A stretch of DNA of 36,980 bases, taken from positions 1-36,980 of IMG/VR virus record IMGVR_UViG_3300023055_000202; one strand, 5' to 3'. Below, piece by piece: positions 8,040 through 18,431 of the stretch. The position numbers and the translations under genes were made by a program. The notes beneath the pieces were generated by a model. The model did not search any database. It saw nothing but the letters and a program-made list of their open reading frames with translations, and was not told where the DNA came from. The DNA is from a virus (Duplodnaviria; Caudoviricetes). Position 1 is the first letter of the stretch. The number at the start of each line of letters is the position of its first letter.

Positions 8040-8903
8040 TTATTCTTCACAATAAAATTCGCCACATATTGGGTACATATATGGATAATGATAGTCGTTA
8101 GGTAAAATCCTTAATCCACATGTATTTACATGAGCAGTCATTTCTAGTGGCTCCATTTCACAAATAGTTGGATATACAACCTTGTATTGATAACTGTCAT
8201 TCTGTGGCCTAATCTCATCATCAATTAACTGTGTATGATGTGCCTCAAAAACATCGTATTCGACTGGATATTGATAGCTGTCATTATTGAAATTTAATAA
8301 TTGTTCAATGGTACCCCAAAATAATGCTTCTGGACCAAATTCGCCACATGTTTCATAAAAGACTGGATATTGATAACTGTCATTAAGAAATAAAATCTCG
8401 TTGTTGATGGCTAAGAGAACAAATCCATCAAACCAGGAGCGTGTATTTTTATAATGCAGAATTAGTCCTCGCACATCTTTTAAAGGTGTAAACTTACCTC
8501 TCGATTGCAACTCAACACTAAAATGATAAGGATCAACATCATATTGCCACCATTCTAAAACTTCGCCTTTTAATCCAACTGCTTCTAGTACTTTTTCAAT
8601 CGCATATGGTGTGCCTTTTGTGCGATGTAAATCTATAGCAGATCGAATTAAATTAATTTTTTGTTGCCGTGTTGTGGCTAGGGCTAGCCCCTCGGCCCAG
8701 GTAATATGTTTTTCCCACAATAAATGATCTAGTACCGCATCATCTAAGTTTTCGAGGTTCATTGTATAGTTGATTTTGTCTGTCCACTCTAGCATTTTAT
8801 CCAGGGATGCTTGCAAAGCTGTTGCTAAGTTCTTCACTTTCTCGTCAACCAATAAATTATCAGGAATTTCGCGTAAAAGAGTATTCTTTTTTAAATCAAT
8901 CAT
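8040..8903 (-). CDS. Phage tail protein I (P2 gpI-like) with C-terminal repeats
   Basis: LDHLLWEKH, HRTKGTPYAI, EWWQY..PYHF and YKNTRSW motifs. Confidence 0.85.
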   Translation of the reverse strand: MIDLKKNTLLREIPDNLLVDEKVKNLATALQASLDKMLEWTDKINYTMNLENLDDAVLDHLLWEKHITWAEGLALATTRQQKINLIRSAIDLHRTKGTPYAIEKVLEAVGLKGEVLEWWQYDVDPYHFSVELQSRGKFTPLKDVRGLILHYKNTRSWFDGFVLLAINNEILFLNDSYQYPVFYETCGEFGPEALFWGTIEQLLNFNNDSYQYPVEYDVFEAHHTQLIDDEIRPQNDSYQYKVVYPTICEMEPLEMTAHVNTCGLRILPNDYHYPYMYPICGEFYCEE

Positions 8904-10014
8904 CTTCTATACCACCAAAATGCACATTTAACATATCCAATTGTGCTACTTCTCCCTGCTCAACAACCATAAATACAGGACTTCTAACATCCACCCGTTT
9001 AGCCCCTGCTTTAATACACAAAGAAATTAATTTTGAAGGGTTAATATCACGCCCAATTTTAGATTGTTGCCATACTAACCATTCATCAACAGCAGCCTGT
9101 ATTTTTTTGTGTAAAATTGTTTTATCCACTGCATCTGTTTCAATAAAATAGGACATATCTAAATCAAATGCAGTAATTGTAGGAGCCCCTGCACTTACGC
9201 GATCTGTTAATGGGCGTACCCTTTTCCCACTAACAGCATTAAGAACCTTATCCATAATTTCTGGAGAAGGAAGCTTTCCATCCTTCATTAGAATTTTAAT
9301 ATCAACACAACCTGGTGTTGGCATATATACATAAACATCACTGATTAATGCAGAAGCACTTTTAGCAAAGTATTTATAGGCGCCATCGCTCCCTGCATTC
9401 GTAAGCTTTTCAGGTGCCATATAAATACGTTCTTTATATGGAGCATCTTCCTCACGCTCTGCCCCACCATCAGATACAGTTATATTTTCAATATGATCGA
9501 TATAAGGCAACGGTTTGACCAAGGTGTTGATTTGACCAATCGTAAAGCCATTTCCGATTTCACCCTTTGTTGTGCATTCTAGCTCCACATCTACATAATC
9601 TACACCTGGACTAATAGCCGTTTCTTCAACTGTGGCAAAAAAAATAGCCCCTTCGTTAGAAGTAGCCAATGAACCTTTTTCGATTATTCGTGATGAAGTA
9701 AGAGGTACCGATAAATGTAAACGTAATGTTGTCGTAGCTGCTGTTGCTTCCAAACGCGGAGTCGTCATTTCAGCACCTTTATGATCCAACACTTTATCAC
9801 GTGCATAATACAATAAATTCTGTTTGGCAGCGTCATTAATTGCAACATTTTGCTTGGTTATGACAGAAGCTGCTGATAAAAAAATGAGCCTTAGTGGGTC
9901 AGCTTGGCTGAGTTTTCTCCCTTCCGTTTGCTCATATATTGTAATAAATTCATTGACTAATTCTTGTGCATCAGTGGTTAAAAAATTTATTTCAGGCAAA
10001 ACAACTTGTGTCAT
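8896..10014 (-). CDS. Baseplate J/gp47 family protein
   Basis: GGAEREED...AGSDGAYKYFA and RPLTDRV motifs. Confidence 0.9.
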   Translation of the reverse strand: MTQVVLPEINFLTTDAQELVNEFITIYEQTEGRKLSQADPLRLIFLSAASVITKQNVAINDAAKQNLLYYARDKVLDHKGAEMTTPRLEATAATTTLRLHLSVPLTSSRIIEKGSLATSNEGAIFFATVEETAISPGVDYVDVELECTTKGEIGNGFTIGQINTLVKPLPYIDHIENITVSDGGAEREEDAPYKERIYMAPEKLTNAGSDGAYKYFAKSASALISDVYVYMPTPGCVDIKILMKDGKLPSPEIMDKVLNAVSGKRVRPLTDRVSAGAPTITAFDLDMSYFIETDAVDKTILHKKIQAAVDEWLVWQQSKIGRDINPSKLISLCIKAGAKRVDVRSPVFMVVEQGEVAQLDMLNVHFGGIEDD

Positions 10015-10337
10015 ACCTTCACCCCACTTTTTAAACTAAAAATAATGATTGGATAAGCTTTACCATCTATTTCAGCTGACATTTTTACTTCTTCTACCAT
10101 GACACGTGGTTCGTATTTTTCTACAGTTTCCACGACTTCGCGTACATATAGTGGATGTAAAATGCTCATTGGCCGATCAATAAATTCAGCTTGAAAACCA
10201 AAGTCCCTGAACAATGGCACACTAAATTTATAGGTACCTAAAATTGTATTGATGTTTTGAAAAATTTCTTCGAGTTCATCTGCTGGTCTAAAATTGATTT
10301 TTGAAGGATTGTAAGTAAGTGTATACTGTTCGTTCAT
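10011..10337 (-). CDS. Baseplate wedge gpW/gp25-like protein
   Basis: QNINTIL.T...SVPLFRDFG and KYEPRV motifs. Confidence 0.85.
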   Translation of the reverse strand: MNEQYTLTYNPSKINFRPADELEEIFQNINTILGTYKFSVPLFRDFGFQAEFIDRPMSILHPLYVREVVETVEKYEPRVMVEEVKMSAEIDGKAYPIIIFSLKSGVKV

Positions 10338-10723
10338 ACATATTCCTCCATTGTAATATTTAAACCTGCAGTTAAAATGTTTCCTTGATTATCAATATGA
10401 TTCCATGATTGATCTGTTCCAGGCATGTACCATTTGCCAACACCCACACGTTTTGTACCAATTATCAATGTGTGTGCTACGCCACTTCTTGCGTATTTAA
10501 TGAATTTATCCAATTCCACAATTGGATTAACCCCATGAAAGGCTGAAAAATGCATTGTAAACGAAACTTTTCCTGCTTCCAATCCAATATATTCAGCTTT
10601 GGATTTCTGACCATGGATGTCATGTTTCGACCAACGAGCCGTTTCAGTGCGTTTGAAAGCATCAAACGTATTTATTTTTTTATCTGACACTGTAAATACT
10701 ACGTCACCCCATACACCAATCAT
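10334..10723 (-). CDS. Tail protein, P2 gpU-like
   Basis: IGVWGDVVF, RWSKH and terminal EEY motifs. Confidence 0.8.
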   Translation of the reverse strand: MIGVWGDVVFTVSDKKINTFDAFKRTETARWSKHDIHGQKSKAEYIGLEAGKVSFTMHFSAFHGVNPIVELDKFIKYARSGVAHTLIIGTKRVGVGKWYMPGTDQSWNHIDNQGNILTAGLNITMEEYV

Positions 10724-10736
10724 ATTGCATCACTTC

Positions 10737-11027
10737 CTAACCATTTACAATGACATCGGGGCTATGGGTTAAACCCATAGGTGAGCCACATGCTGTTAAG
10801 TCATTTACACGACATAGAGGTTTTCCGTTTACAATAACATCAAGACTCCCTTCAGCTGCTACTGAATCGTGACAAGATGAACCACAACAATGTGTTTCCC
10901 AATGGTCACCTAATCGATGGGCTCCCAATTCATTTATGATTACATTGTCAGAACCTTCATCGTTTGGTCGAGGTACATGACAATCATGTCCTTTACAAAT
11001 ATCTGTATGTCGAATCGCTTCTGGCAT
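10737..11027 (-). CDS. PAAR-domain spike tip protein (T4 gp5.4-like)
   Basis: D.C.GH, GS.NV.IN...AHRLGD, H and GS..V.VNGKPLCRVND...CG motifs; follows the spike gene. Confidence 0.88.
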   Translation of the reverse strand: MPEAIRHTDICKGHDCHVPRPNDEGSDNVIINELGAHRLGDHWETHCCGSSCHDSVAAEGSLDVIVNGKPLCRVNDLTACGSPMGLTHSPDVIVNG

Positions 11028-11037
11028 ACTATCACCT

Positions 11038-11484
11038 CTAATTTAAGTAGATTTTTTCTCCCGTTTTCGCTCGAATATTTTTGTCAGCTTTAATTTCGAT
11101 TTCGCCTTTCACATCAATCAACAGTATATGATTTTGAACATCGTAACGAATGAGTGTACCATCGGAAAATAAAACACCATCACAATCATCAGATACTAAA
11201 AATTCAGATGGTACCTTATCAGCTTCAGAATAAATCGCGCCTAGTACGACACCTTCTTGTGTACCATTTGCAAAAAATGCACAAATAACTTGCTCGTCAA
11301 CTTCTGGCATCCAATAATATTTGGTATTAAGAGTGTTCTTTTGCATCACAGGTAAATCGAACGATACTTTTTCATCCCAATCTGGAAAATAAACTTTCAC
11401 TGTACAATTTTCTCTATTTACAGAAGATACAAGCCCTTTCCTAACTGCTTCAAATGGTGTATTTTCCATTCCACCTTTACTCAA
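11038..11484 (-). CDS. Baseplate assembly protein V (central spike)
   Basis: MPEVDEQV.C.F...G...G.VLGAIYS and FSDGT.I.YD motifs. Confidence 0.85.
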   Translation of the reverse strand: MSKGGMENTPFEAVRKGLVSSVNRENCTVKVYFPDWDEKVSFDLPVMQKNTLNTKYYWMPEVDEQVICAFFANGTQEGVVLGAIYSEADKVPSEFLVSDDCDGVLFSDGTLIRYDVQNHILLIDVKGEIEIKADKNIRAKTGEKIYLN

Positions 11485-12491
11485 TAGCTAAGCACCTCCC
11501 GCAAATTAATATCTGTTGTGTAGCCTCCTGTTACGTTATGGCTTGATGATTCAATGAAATATTTTCCGTCAAAAGCTCCGAAATTTTTAATGTTCACAGT
11601 TACACCTTGAACCATCTTTTCATTCCCCATCAGTGTAATTTTCCCACTCTTGGAACCTTTATTTTTATTACGTGCTTCAGCTTGTGCCCAACGTTTTGCT
11701 TCCTCTAAATTTTTAGCACGCTTGTTTATCTTTAAAGCTGGGCCATCTTTTACACCTGGAACATTATACGTATACTTGATATTTTTCTTTGTCTTACTAT
11801 CAAAGTAAGACAATTCTACTTTTGAATATTGTTCTTCGGCAGCTGATACCTTAAAATCGTAGCTTTTCACATCATCTTCTCCACGTGTAATCGTCCGCAC
11901 TTCTGCTTTCTTTTCATATTGCAGTTCATCATAAATAACAAGCTGCTCTTTTGTAACTTTTGTTGCAAGTCCTTCGCGTTTTGCTAAAGATTTTGCAAAC
12001 GCAAGTGGTGTTTTTTTATCTTGTTCCACACGATCATACAAAAATGTTGGTGCATCATATACCAATTTCAAGCCTGCTTCTTTTGCAACGTCTGTTAATA
12101 TCGTTTGTAATGTCGTATTCTCCCAGGCTTTTGTTTTCTTTGTATCCTTACCGCCTTTAGTAAAGGGAACAGATAAAGCCTTAATCGAAACGCTGTCTGG
12201 TGGTCCTTTAAAACTGACATCATCGACAAAGAATGTACCACAGTTTAACTTGGTCGTTGCACCTTCCTTGTACCAATTACGTAACTCAATTGAAGCACTA
12301 ATTTTGTCACCTTTTTGGGGCAACCATGGTCCTTGCCACTTTCGTTCACGATCTTCCAGATCAATTGAAATATCGTCACTTTCACCCTCGTTGTCATAAA
12401 ATGTGAAAGACTTCAAATAGGGTGCAATATTTTGTGTAATATTTACGCCCATGTACGTAATATTAGCAATGGCACGTCTTGTATTTGTCAT
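11481..12491 (-). CDS. Late control D family baseplate hub protein
   Basis: SDDISIDLEDR...W...WLP.KG and FDGKYFIESSSH motifs. Confidence 0.85.
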   Translation of the reverse strand: MTNTRRAIANITYMGVNITQNIAPYLKSFTFYDNEGESDDISIDLEDRERKWQGPWLPQKGDKISASIELRNWYKEGATTKLNCGTFFVDDVSFKGPPDSVSIKALSVPFTKGGKDTKKTKAWENTTLQTILTDVAKEAGLKLVYDAPTFLYDRVEQDKKTPLAFAKSLAKREGLATKVTKEQLVIYDELQYEKKAEVRTITRGEDDVKSYDFKVSAAEEQYSKVELSYFDSKTKKNIKYTYNVPGVKDGPALKINKRAKNLEEAKRWAQAEARNKNKGSKSGKITLMGNEKMVQGVTVNIKNFGAFDGKYFIESSSHNVTGGYTTDINLREVLSY

Positions 12492-12497
12492 TAGGAA

Positions 12498-12716
12498 TCA
12501 CCTCATCCATGGTGGCAAGTCGTCAGTACTTTGCTTTTCATCCAAATTAAAAGCAGGCATCATTAATTTGATACCTGCTGGAAATACAGCGATATGCATA
12601 TGTTGAGGATTGGCATGCATGACTTTATCCATCAGCATTTCGCCACTTGAACCATAGTGCTTATAACAAATACCATCCCATTCATCACCAGAAATTGTTG
12701 TATACATATTAGCCAA
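12498..12716 (-). CDS. Tail protein X (LysM-like)
   Basis: YTTISGDEWDGI, ANP..., FPAGIKL and LPPW motifs; TTG start behind AAAGGAGG. Confidence 0.85.
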   Translation of the reverse strand: MANMYTTISGDEWDGICYKHYGSSGEMLMDKVMHANPQHMHIAVFPAGIKLMMPAFNLDEKQSTDDLPPWMR

Positions 12717-15700
12717 ATGACTTCCTCCTTTCGTTACGAGCAATCTCAGCTAACCGCGTTTCTAAGTCGTCTTTGTCTGTATCAGCATATTGTTTCACCT
12801 GTTCTAAGTCCTCAGGTCTTTGTACGTTGTATTGTGGGTTATAAGTTAGCTGAATCACCTGCGAATTATTTTGGTTTGGTACAGATTGTGCCACTTGATT
12901 AGGGCTTATAGCAGGACTATTATTCGCTTGCATTTGCATAGATATTTGATCTTGCATATTATCAAATACACCATTATCTTTTAACATGCCTAATGCTTGT
13001 CCTGTTTGTAACCATAAGTCTTTAGAACGCTGTGAATTGTTCCAAGGGATAACAGCCTCTGTATCGCCACCCTCACCAATCCATGCCAATGTTGGATTGC
13101 CCACAATACCACCTTCGGCAAAGCCAGGTAGATTCTTTAAGAGCTTACTAGCAGCTCCTTTTAAGGGCTCGGGTACTAAGTTACCAATTGCTCCTAAAAC
13201 AGCTCCGCCCATTGATTTAATACCATCTATTAATCCTGTAATAATGGCCTTTCCTACATCAAATAAGTTAATTCCTTGAAAAAAACTAATGATATTGTTC
13301 ATGATTGTTTCAGCAGTTGAAAGTATTGTATTCCATGCTCCATCCCAATCACCTTGTAAAAGAGACATTGCCGTTTGGATGATGCCATTAATTATTGTTA
13401 GGGCTGTTTCTATAATCGACTGTACATAAGGGAATACAAACTGGATGACTGCTAAAATTCCATTAATCGCTGGGATTAACACACCATTTATCACATCAAT
13501 CAACATCTGCAACACCATTGTAATAATAGGTATAACCATCTGGATAATGCTCAACACAATCGGAAATACCATCATAACGACCTGTAGAATCATCGGGATA
13601 ACTGTTTGAGCTAGTTCTAAAATGACACCTATAACGGTTGTTAAAAGTGTTGCGAATATTGGTAGTACCATTTGAATAATACTTAGTACAATTGGAAATA
13701 CCATCTGTATCACTTGTAAAATCATCGGAATAATCATCTGCGCCAACTGTAAAATGACTGGAATGATACTAGCCAATAAATTTATTACCAATGGTAAAAC
13801 CATTTGAATCACTTGTAAAATCATCGGAAAAACCATTTTGAATACTTGGAGTAATATTGGTAACAATGTTGTTGCTAAAGTTGAAATAGTACCTGACCAT
13901 AAGGAAAGCATTGTTACAGCTAATTGTGCCAAGGAGCTTCCAACCTCTGCAAACATTGGTCCCATTTCTGTAATACTTGTAGCGATCATTGATATAGTGT
14001 CACTTAATTGTGGTCCTACTTCAGCAGCAAATTGACTAAAGCCATCACTAAATACTTGGATAATTGGTGCAAATGCAGATGAAAGACTTTCCCATGCTCC
14101 TTTTAATGCTCCAGCTACTTTATCATTCGTTTGGGATAATCTAAATAAAAAGCCTGCTATACTTACAATTGCTCCGATTAACCAACCAATAGGTCCACTT
14201 ACACCTAAGAATCCAAGTGCCATCGTGGTCATCATTGGTGCAATAAGTGAAATGATACCTGGTAAACTAGAAAGCCCTGATTTAAAGCTGGCAATAAAGC
14301 CACTTAACACAGTTCCTATTTTTCCTGAAAGGCTACTTCCAAAGGCCTCCATGGCTTCTCTTGCCAAAGATCGCATTCTTAAAATCAATAGTATCTTCTC
14401 ATTTTTTAAACTATCCACTAAATTGTTCCAAATGAGAGGCGCATTTAATGCTACATAGCTAATTGAATTGCTCATAAAGTCCTTTAATGCGCCAAACAGA
14501 TTGTTGACAGCTCCACGGAATTTATCTGACATTTTATAAGCAGCATAAAAAGCCACACCTATGCCAATAACTGCAGCTACCACAGCTACAAATGGATTGG
14601 CCAACATTGTAATATTTAAAACACGCATAGCTGCTGCCATACCTTGAGTAATACCTTTAACCCCACCACCATATAGGGAATAGGCTATCATGGCTGCTCG
14701 ATGAGCATTATAGAGAGCAATACTAGTTTTTTGAACAGTATTAAAAATTCTTTGTGCCACTGCAACGGCCACTAATGTGCTTTTGTAAATTAAAAAAGCC
14801 GATACCATCCCTATCAAAATAGGAGCTATCGTACTTAGAACTGATTTTGCTTTTTTAATTGCACCAGGTAAATTGTTTGATAAATAGTTAGCAAATAAAT
14901 TTAATACTGGTAAAACAGCATCTCCAATGGGATAAACAAGATCCATAAATAGAATCCGGCCAATTCCTTGAATAGCTTTTCCAAATGTATCAAAACGAAC
15001 TTCATTTACTTTTGCCATAGCTCCCTCAAAGCCCTCCATGGCTTCTGTTGATCCGAGCATGGCATACATGGCGGTGGCTTCTAAATCTTCCCACTTCGTA
15101 CCGAATAACCCTACACCAATCTGGTTCGCCTTAACTTGGTCATCCATGCCTTGTAATTCAGCCACTACAGTACTTGCTACATCTGAAACAGTACCATTCC
15201 CTTTTAAGAATTCTTTCCATACATTTTGTGTTTCCTTTGAGAGGTCAGCCATAGCCTCATTTGTGGCTTTAGAGCCATCTTTTGAGCGTATCTGGAACTC
15301 TTTCATGACATCATTCACGTAATCTAAGTTGTAAACGCCTGCTTTTGCTCCACGTTCAAGAATGCCGAAATATTCTTCTGCTGAATAACCCATTTCTCCA
15401 AATAACGGTGCATACTCGGCCACATTATCGAGCATCTCGTCTGAAAAGTTAAGACCTCTTTGCGCTCCCGCTGCAAAAAGGTCCATTGCTGTTGTAGAGG
15501 TAACACCAAAGCTACTCATCATATTATTAGCTGCTCGAGTTACCTCGTTAATATCTGCATCAAATGTATCTGCAAACATTAATGCATCACCAGTCATGCG
15601 TTCTAATTCGCCATTGTCCAAGTTGTGCATATTTTGTTTTACATTTGCAAGAGCTTCTGTTACTTCATCAAATGATTCACCATATCCACTACGGAAAACA

Positions 15701-15948
15701 TTTTTAGCTACGCCCTCTAGGGCTTCCATATCAGCCCCAAATGTGCCTGTTTGTGCTGATAATTTTGATAATGAATCAGACATCTCAGACATTTGGCCAA
15801 CTACTGCTGTAAAAGCGCCTATACCTCCTACTGCAGCAGCTGCTCCAGTTAAAAACTTCATGGAACTACTTGCTTCGCTAAATGCTCCTTTAAAGCTACT
15901 CGTTAGTTCAGCACCCAATTTAAAAGCAATATCAAATACTTTAGACAC
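12709..15948 (-). CDS. Tape measure protein
   Basis: 1079 aa, LFGTKWED motif, amphipathic repeats, GFAEGGIV..PT...IGEGG.EAVIP. Confidence 0.93.
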   Translation of the reverse strand: MSKVFDIAFKLGAELTSSFKGAFSEASSSMKFLTGAAAAVGGIGAFTAVVGQMSEMSDSLSKLSAQTGTFGADMEALEGVAKNVFRSGYGESFDEVTEALANVKQNMHNLDNGELERMTGDALMFADTFDADINEVTRAANNMMSSFGVTSTTAMDLFAAGAQRGLNFSDEMLDNVAEYAPLFGEMGYSAEEYFGILERGAKAGVYNLDYVNDVMKEFQIRSKDGSKATNEAMADLSKETQNVWKEFLKGNGTVSDVASTVVAELQGMDDQVKANQIGVGLFGTKWEDLEATAMYAMLGSTEAMEGFEGAMAKVNEVRFDTFGKAIQGIGRILFMDLVYPIGDAVLPVLNLFANYLSNNLPGAIKKAKSVLSTIAPILIGMVSAFLIYKSTLVAVAVAQRIFNTVQKTSIALYNAHRAAMIAYSLYGGGVKGITQGMAAAMRVLNITMLANPFVAVVAAVIGIGVAFYAAYKMSDKFRGAVNNLFGALKDFMSNSISYVALNAPLIWNNLVDSLKNEKILLILRMRSLAREAMEAFGSSLSGKIGTVLSGFIASFKSGLSSLPGIISLIAPMMTTMALGFLGVSGPIGWLIGAIVSIAGFLFRLSQTNDKVAGALKGAWESLSSAFAPIIQVFSDGFSQFAAEVGPQLSDTISMIATSITEMGPMFAEVGSSLAQLAVTMLSLWSGTISTLATTLLPILLQVFKMVFPMILQVIQMVLPLVINLLASIIPVILQLAQMIIPMILQVIQMVFPIVLSIIQMVLPIFATLLTTVIGVILELAQTVIPMILQVVMMVFPIVLSIIQMVIPIITMVLQMLIDVINGVLIPAINGILAVIQFVFPYVQSIIETALTIINGIIQTAMSLLQGDWDGAWNTILSTAETIMNNIISFFQGINLFDVGKAIITGLIDGIKSMGGAVLGAIGNLVPEPLKGAASKLLKNLPGFAEGGIVGNPTLAWIGEGGDTEAVIPWNNSQRSKDLWLQTGQALGMLKDNGVFDNMQDQISMQMQANNSPAISPNQVAQSVPNQNNSQVIQLTYNPQYNVQRPEDLEQVKQYADTDKDDLETRLAEIARNERRKSFG

Positions 15949-16133
15949 TAACTTTCGCCCCCTTTTTTAGCTGCCTTTTGTGCAAACTCAATGGTTTCCT
16001 TCCAGGAAAACAAACGCCGCAATGTCATGTTTGAAAAAAATTCAGCTGATGAATGACTGTGATTAGCACAGTACAAACAAATCAACTGAATTGTCATTGC
16101 TGGTTGACTATTTATTTTCCACCCATTAAAAAA
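15948..16133 (-). CDS. -1 frameshift extension of the tail assembly chaperone (gpE+E'/G-T type)
   Basis: Slippery heptamer T TTT TTA at 16133-16127; the -1 frame stays open for 62 codons to a TAG that overlaps the tape measure GTG. Confidence 0.75.
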   Translation of the reverse strand, partial: FFNGWKINSQPAMTIQLICLYCANHSHSSAEFFSNMTLRRLFSWKETIEFAQKAAKKGGES

Positions 16134-16465
16134 AGTGTTGTTCGCATTGTCACCTTTGAGTAATCAGAAGCTGCCAATTTACGAATAACACTTACATGTA
16201 CGCCTGCTGCTTTCGCTGCTACAATTGCAACAAAACCTTTCGCCATTTCTTTGACCATCACTATCGAATTTTGCGGACTCTCTGCATTGAACTGCATTTC
16301 TGCTTTTTCAATATCAGTACCTGTCAAATTCTCAAAATCTAAAACTAGTTCTGTATAAGTTACTTCCTCAACAGTAACAGGGCGAGATAAAGTAATTACC
16401 TTTTCTAATCCTTCCTCTTGCGCTTCACTTTGATTTTTATTTAAAACTACTTCATTTTTTGTCAT
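16112..16465 (-). CDS. Tail assembly chaperone (GpE/gp41 family)
   Basis: Lies between tube and tape measure genes; LDFENLTG.D and L.ASDY motifs. Confidence 0.8.
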   Translation of the reverse strand: MTKNEVVLNKNQSEAQEEGLEKVITLSRPVTVEEVTYTELVLDFENLTGTDIEKAEMQFNAESPQNSIVMVKEMAKGFVAIVAAKAAGVHVSVIRKLAASDYSKVTMRTTLFLMGGK

Positions 16466-16477
16466 CTATAATGCCTC

Positions 16478-16996
16478 CTAAGATAATCCTAAATTTTTTC
16501 GTACTTGTTCCATCATGTCTTTACCGTTCACTTTGTAAACGCCATTAAATTTATCAAATTCAATGGTTGTTTTACCATCAATCATAATTTTGCTGTAATG
16601 TACTTCAAATTCATTTGCTGTTTCTGTTGCAGCTGCTACGGCAAATTTACCTGGTGTAAAGTTGAGAGGTACGCAACGTGTCTTCACAACAACTTCCTGT
16701 TGAACATACCCTTTCAATGGATCAAAAAGTTGTTGATTACCGCGAAAGTCCAAAGCATGTACTTTTGGTTCTGCTAATTTCATAGCATCTGCTGATAATG
16801 TACGCCAGTTTAATTTAGTTGTTTGTGAACCGAAATGTCCAATCACAGGAGCTGTCGATTCGCCATATATCCCTGCACCTTTAATGGTTTCAGATAATGC
16901 TTCGAAATTTGGTAGTTCGACATCAACTACACCTAAATAATTTGTCGCATCTTCCCATGCTGTGAAGTTGGTTAAAATTTGATCAGTTTTTTTCAT
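16478..16996 (-). CDS. Major tail tube protein (P2 FII-like)
   Basis: DVELP...SETIKGAGI.G and EFDKFN....VNGKD motifs. Confidence 0.88.
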   Translation of the reverse strand: MKKTDQILTNFTAWEDATNYLGVVDVELPNFEALSETIKGAGIYGESTAPVIGHFGSQTTKLNWRTLSADAMKLAEPKVHALDFRGNQQLFDPLKGYVQQEVVVKTRCVPLNFTPGKFAVAAATETANEFEVHYSKIMIDGKTTIEFDKFNGVYKVNGKDMMEQVRKNLGLS

Positions 16997-17009
16997 CGAT
17001 TAAGCCCCC

Positions 17010-18431
17010 CTATCCAAATAACGTTCCGAAATATGATGGATCAAATTCAAATAAACCACGAATTTCGCGCGCTGGTGTTGCTGGTGTAATAAACAAATGG
17101 AACTTATAAATACCATCAATTAAATCTGTTAATGGATTTTCTTCTTGTAAGAATTCTACACGTCCACCCAGGATGAATTGACGTGCTGATTTGCCGTTTA
17201 AGTCGATATTTTTGCTATCGACTATATTATCAATGAGCTTTTTATTGCCTGGCTTATCGGTTTTTTGCCAATACGACAAAATGAACTGATTTTGCTCATA
17301 AATAAAGACACGTCTCACTGAGATAAACGCGTCTTTTGGATCTGTGTTACCTGGATAGCAACTTGTACGATGCCCCCAAAGTTTCCAACCACCTATGAAA
17401 TTAAGTGAAGTAACGATGCCTTGTCCATTTAGATAATTGGCTTGCTCTAAGCCAAGTAAAATCTCTGTACCATCTTCCAATACAGCTGCATCCATCTGTA
17501 AATTATTATTTGAGGCTTCATGATATGGATAACCTTCATTTTTTGCATCAATCAAATTGGCCAAACTCGCCATTTGGGTAGACATATGATACTGAATACC
17601 ACCAATAGAAACTTTTGGCCAACAAACAATCACATTTGGATCATCAAGATTTTTTTGATTTTTATATTCTGGGACTGCTGTATAATCTGGGACTTCTGAT
17701 GTTGGAACATCAACAATCGCCATACATTGAAACAGACCATTAATATTTTTTGATTTTGCCTTTAATACAGCTGCAACCAATGGATTCGTTGAGAATTTTG
17801 GCGCGATTAAAATACCAGGTACTTCACGGAAACGAGGGAATACTGTATTTACTAATTCTATACCCTTGTATGATCCGTCTAATGATACCCCACCTACAAT
17901 ATCAGATGCTGTAACTAATGAAGGATCTAATCGTTCGAATTCTACAGTCACTTCATCATCATTACTTGTATAAATGTGCAGCCTTCCTTCATCATCAAAC
18001 TCCAATTCGTAATCTTTTTTATCAATAGCATTAGAGCCATTTTTCACAACAACTTTTGCTTTTAGTACACCATCTGCTTGCAAAACGCCTTCGCCTTTTG
18101 TAATTTTCACAGTTTCAGAACCGGTGACAGCATGTTTAGTAGGATCAAGGACATTAATCATTACTAATGGTGAAACTTCAAATAATGCAAAGTGTGAGCT
18201 AATAGCCTCACAAATTGTATATTTATTAAAATCTGCATTGTAACCCATTTTTCGAACTGCTTCGCTGTACGTATAAGCCAATTCCGCTCGATTCACAGCC
18301 TTTTCCGGCTCATCTAATAGATGAATAGGAGCTGTTCCAAAAACCACCGTCAGGCCTGCTGTAGATACCACAGGAGGGATGATAGATGTTGGCAATTCAT
18401 AGCTATATGCTCCGTGTTTATATCCAGCCAT
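17010..18431 (-). CDS. Tail sheath protein
   Basis: HG, GTAP, INVLDP, LNGQGI, WGHRT and FISVRR motifs. Confidence 0.92.
   Translation of the reverse strand: MAGYKHGAYSYELPTSIIPPVVSTAGLTVVFGTAPIHLLDEPEKAVNRAELAYTYSEAVRKMGYNADFNKYTICEAISSHFALFEVSPLVMINVLDPTKHAVTGSETVKITKGEGVLQADGVLKAKVVVKNGSNAIDKKDYELEFDDEGRLHIYTSNDDEVTVEFERLDPSLVTASDIVGGVSLDGSYKGIELVNTVFPRFREVPGILIAPKFSTNPLVAAVLKAKSKNINGLFQCMAIVDVPTSEVPDYTAVPEYKNQKNLDDPNVIVCWPKVSIGGIQYHMSTQMASLANLIDAKNEGYPYHEASNNNLQMDAAVLEDGTEILLGLEQANYLNGQGIVTSLNFIGGWKLWGHRTSCYPGNTDPKDAFISVRRVFIYEQNQFILSYWQKTDKPGNKKLIDNIVDSKNIDLNGKSARQFILGGRVEFLQEENPLTDLIDGIYKFHLFITPATPAREIRGLFEFDPSYFGTLFG

Noticed and set aside
5017-8903. A diversity-generating retroelement targeting the fibre
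   Set aside because: No reverse transcriptase and no TR/VR pair with adenine-specific mismatches was seen; the repeats are in-frame domain duplications
13380-13870. Periodic repeats in the tape measure gene
   Set aside because: Ordinary amphipathic tape-measure repeats
8040-18431. Tailocin, eCIS or T6SS-like system suggested by the PAAR, spike and sheath genes
   Set aside because: Complete head, terminase, cos and replication modules are present, so this is a phage tail
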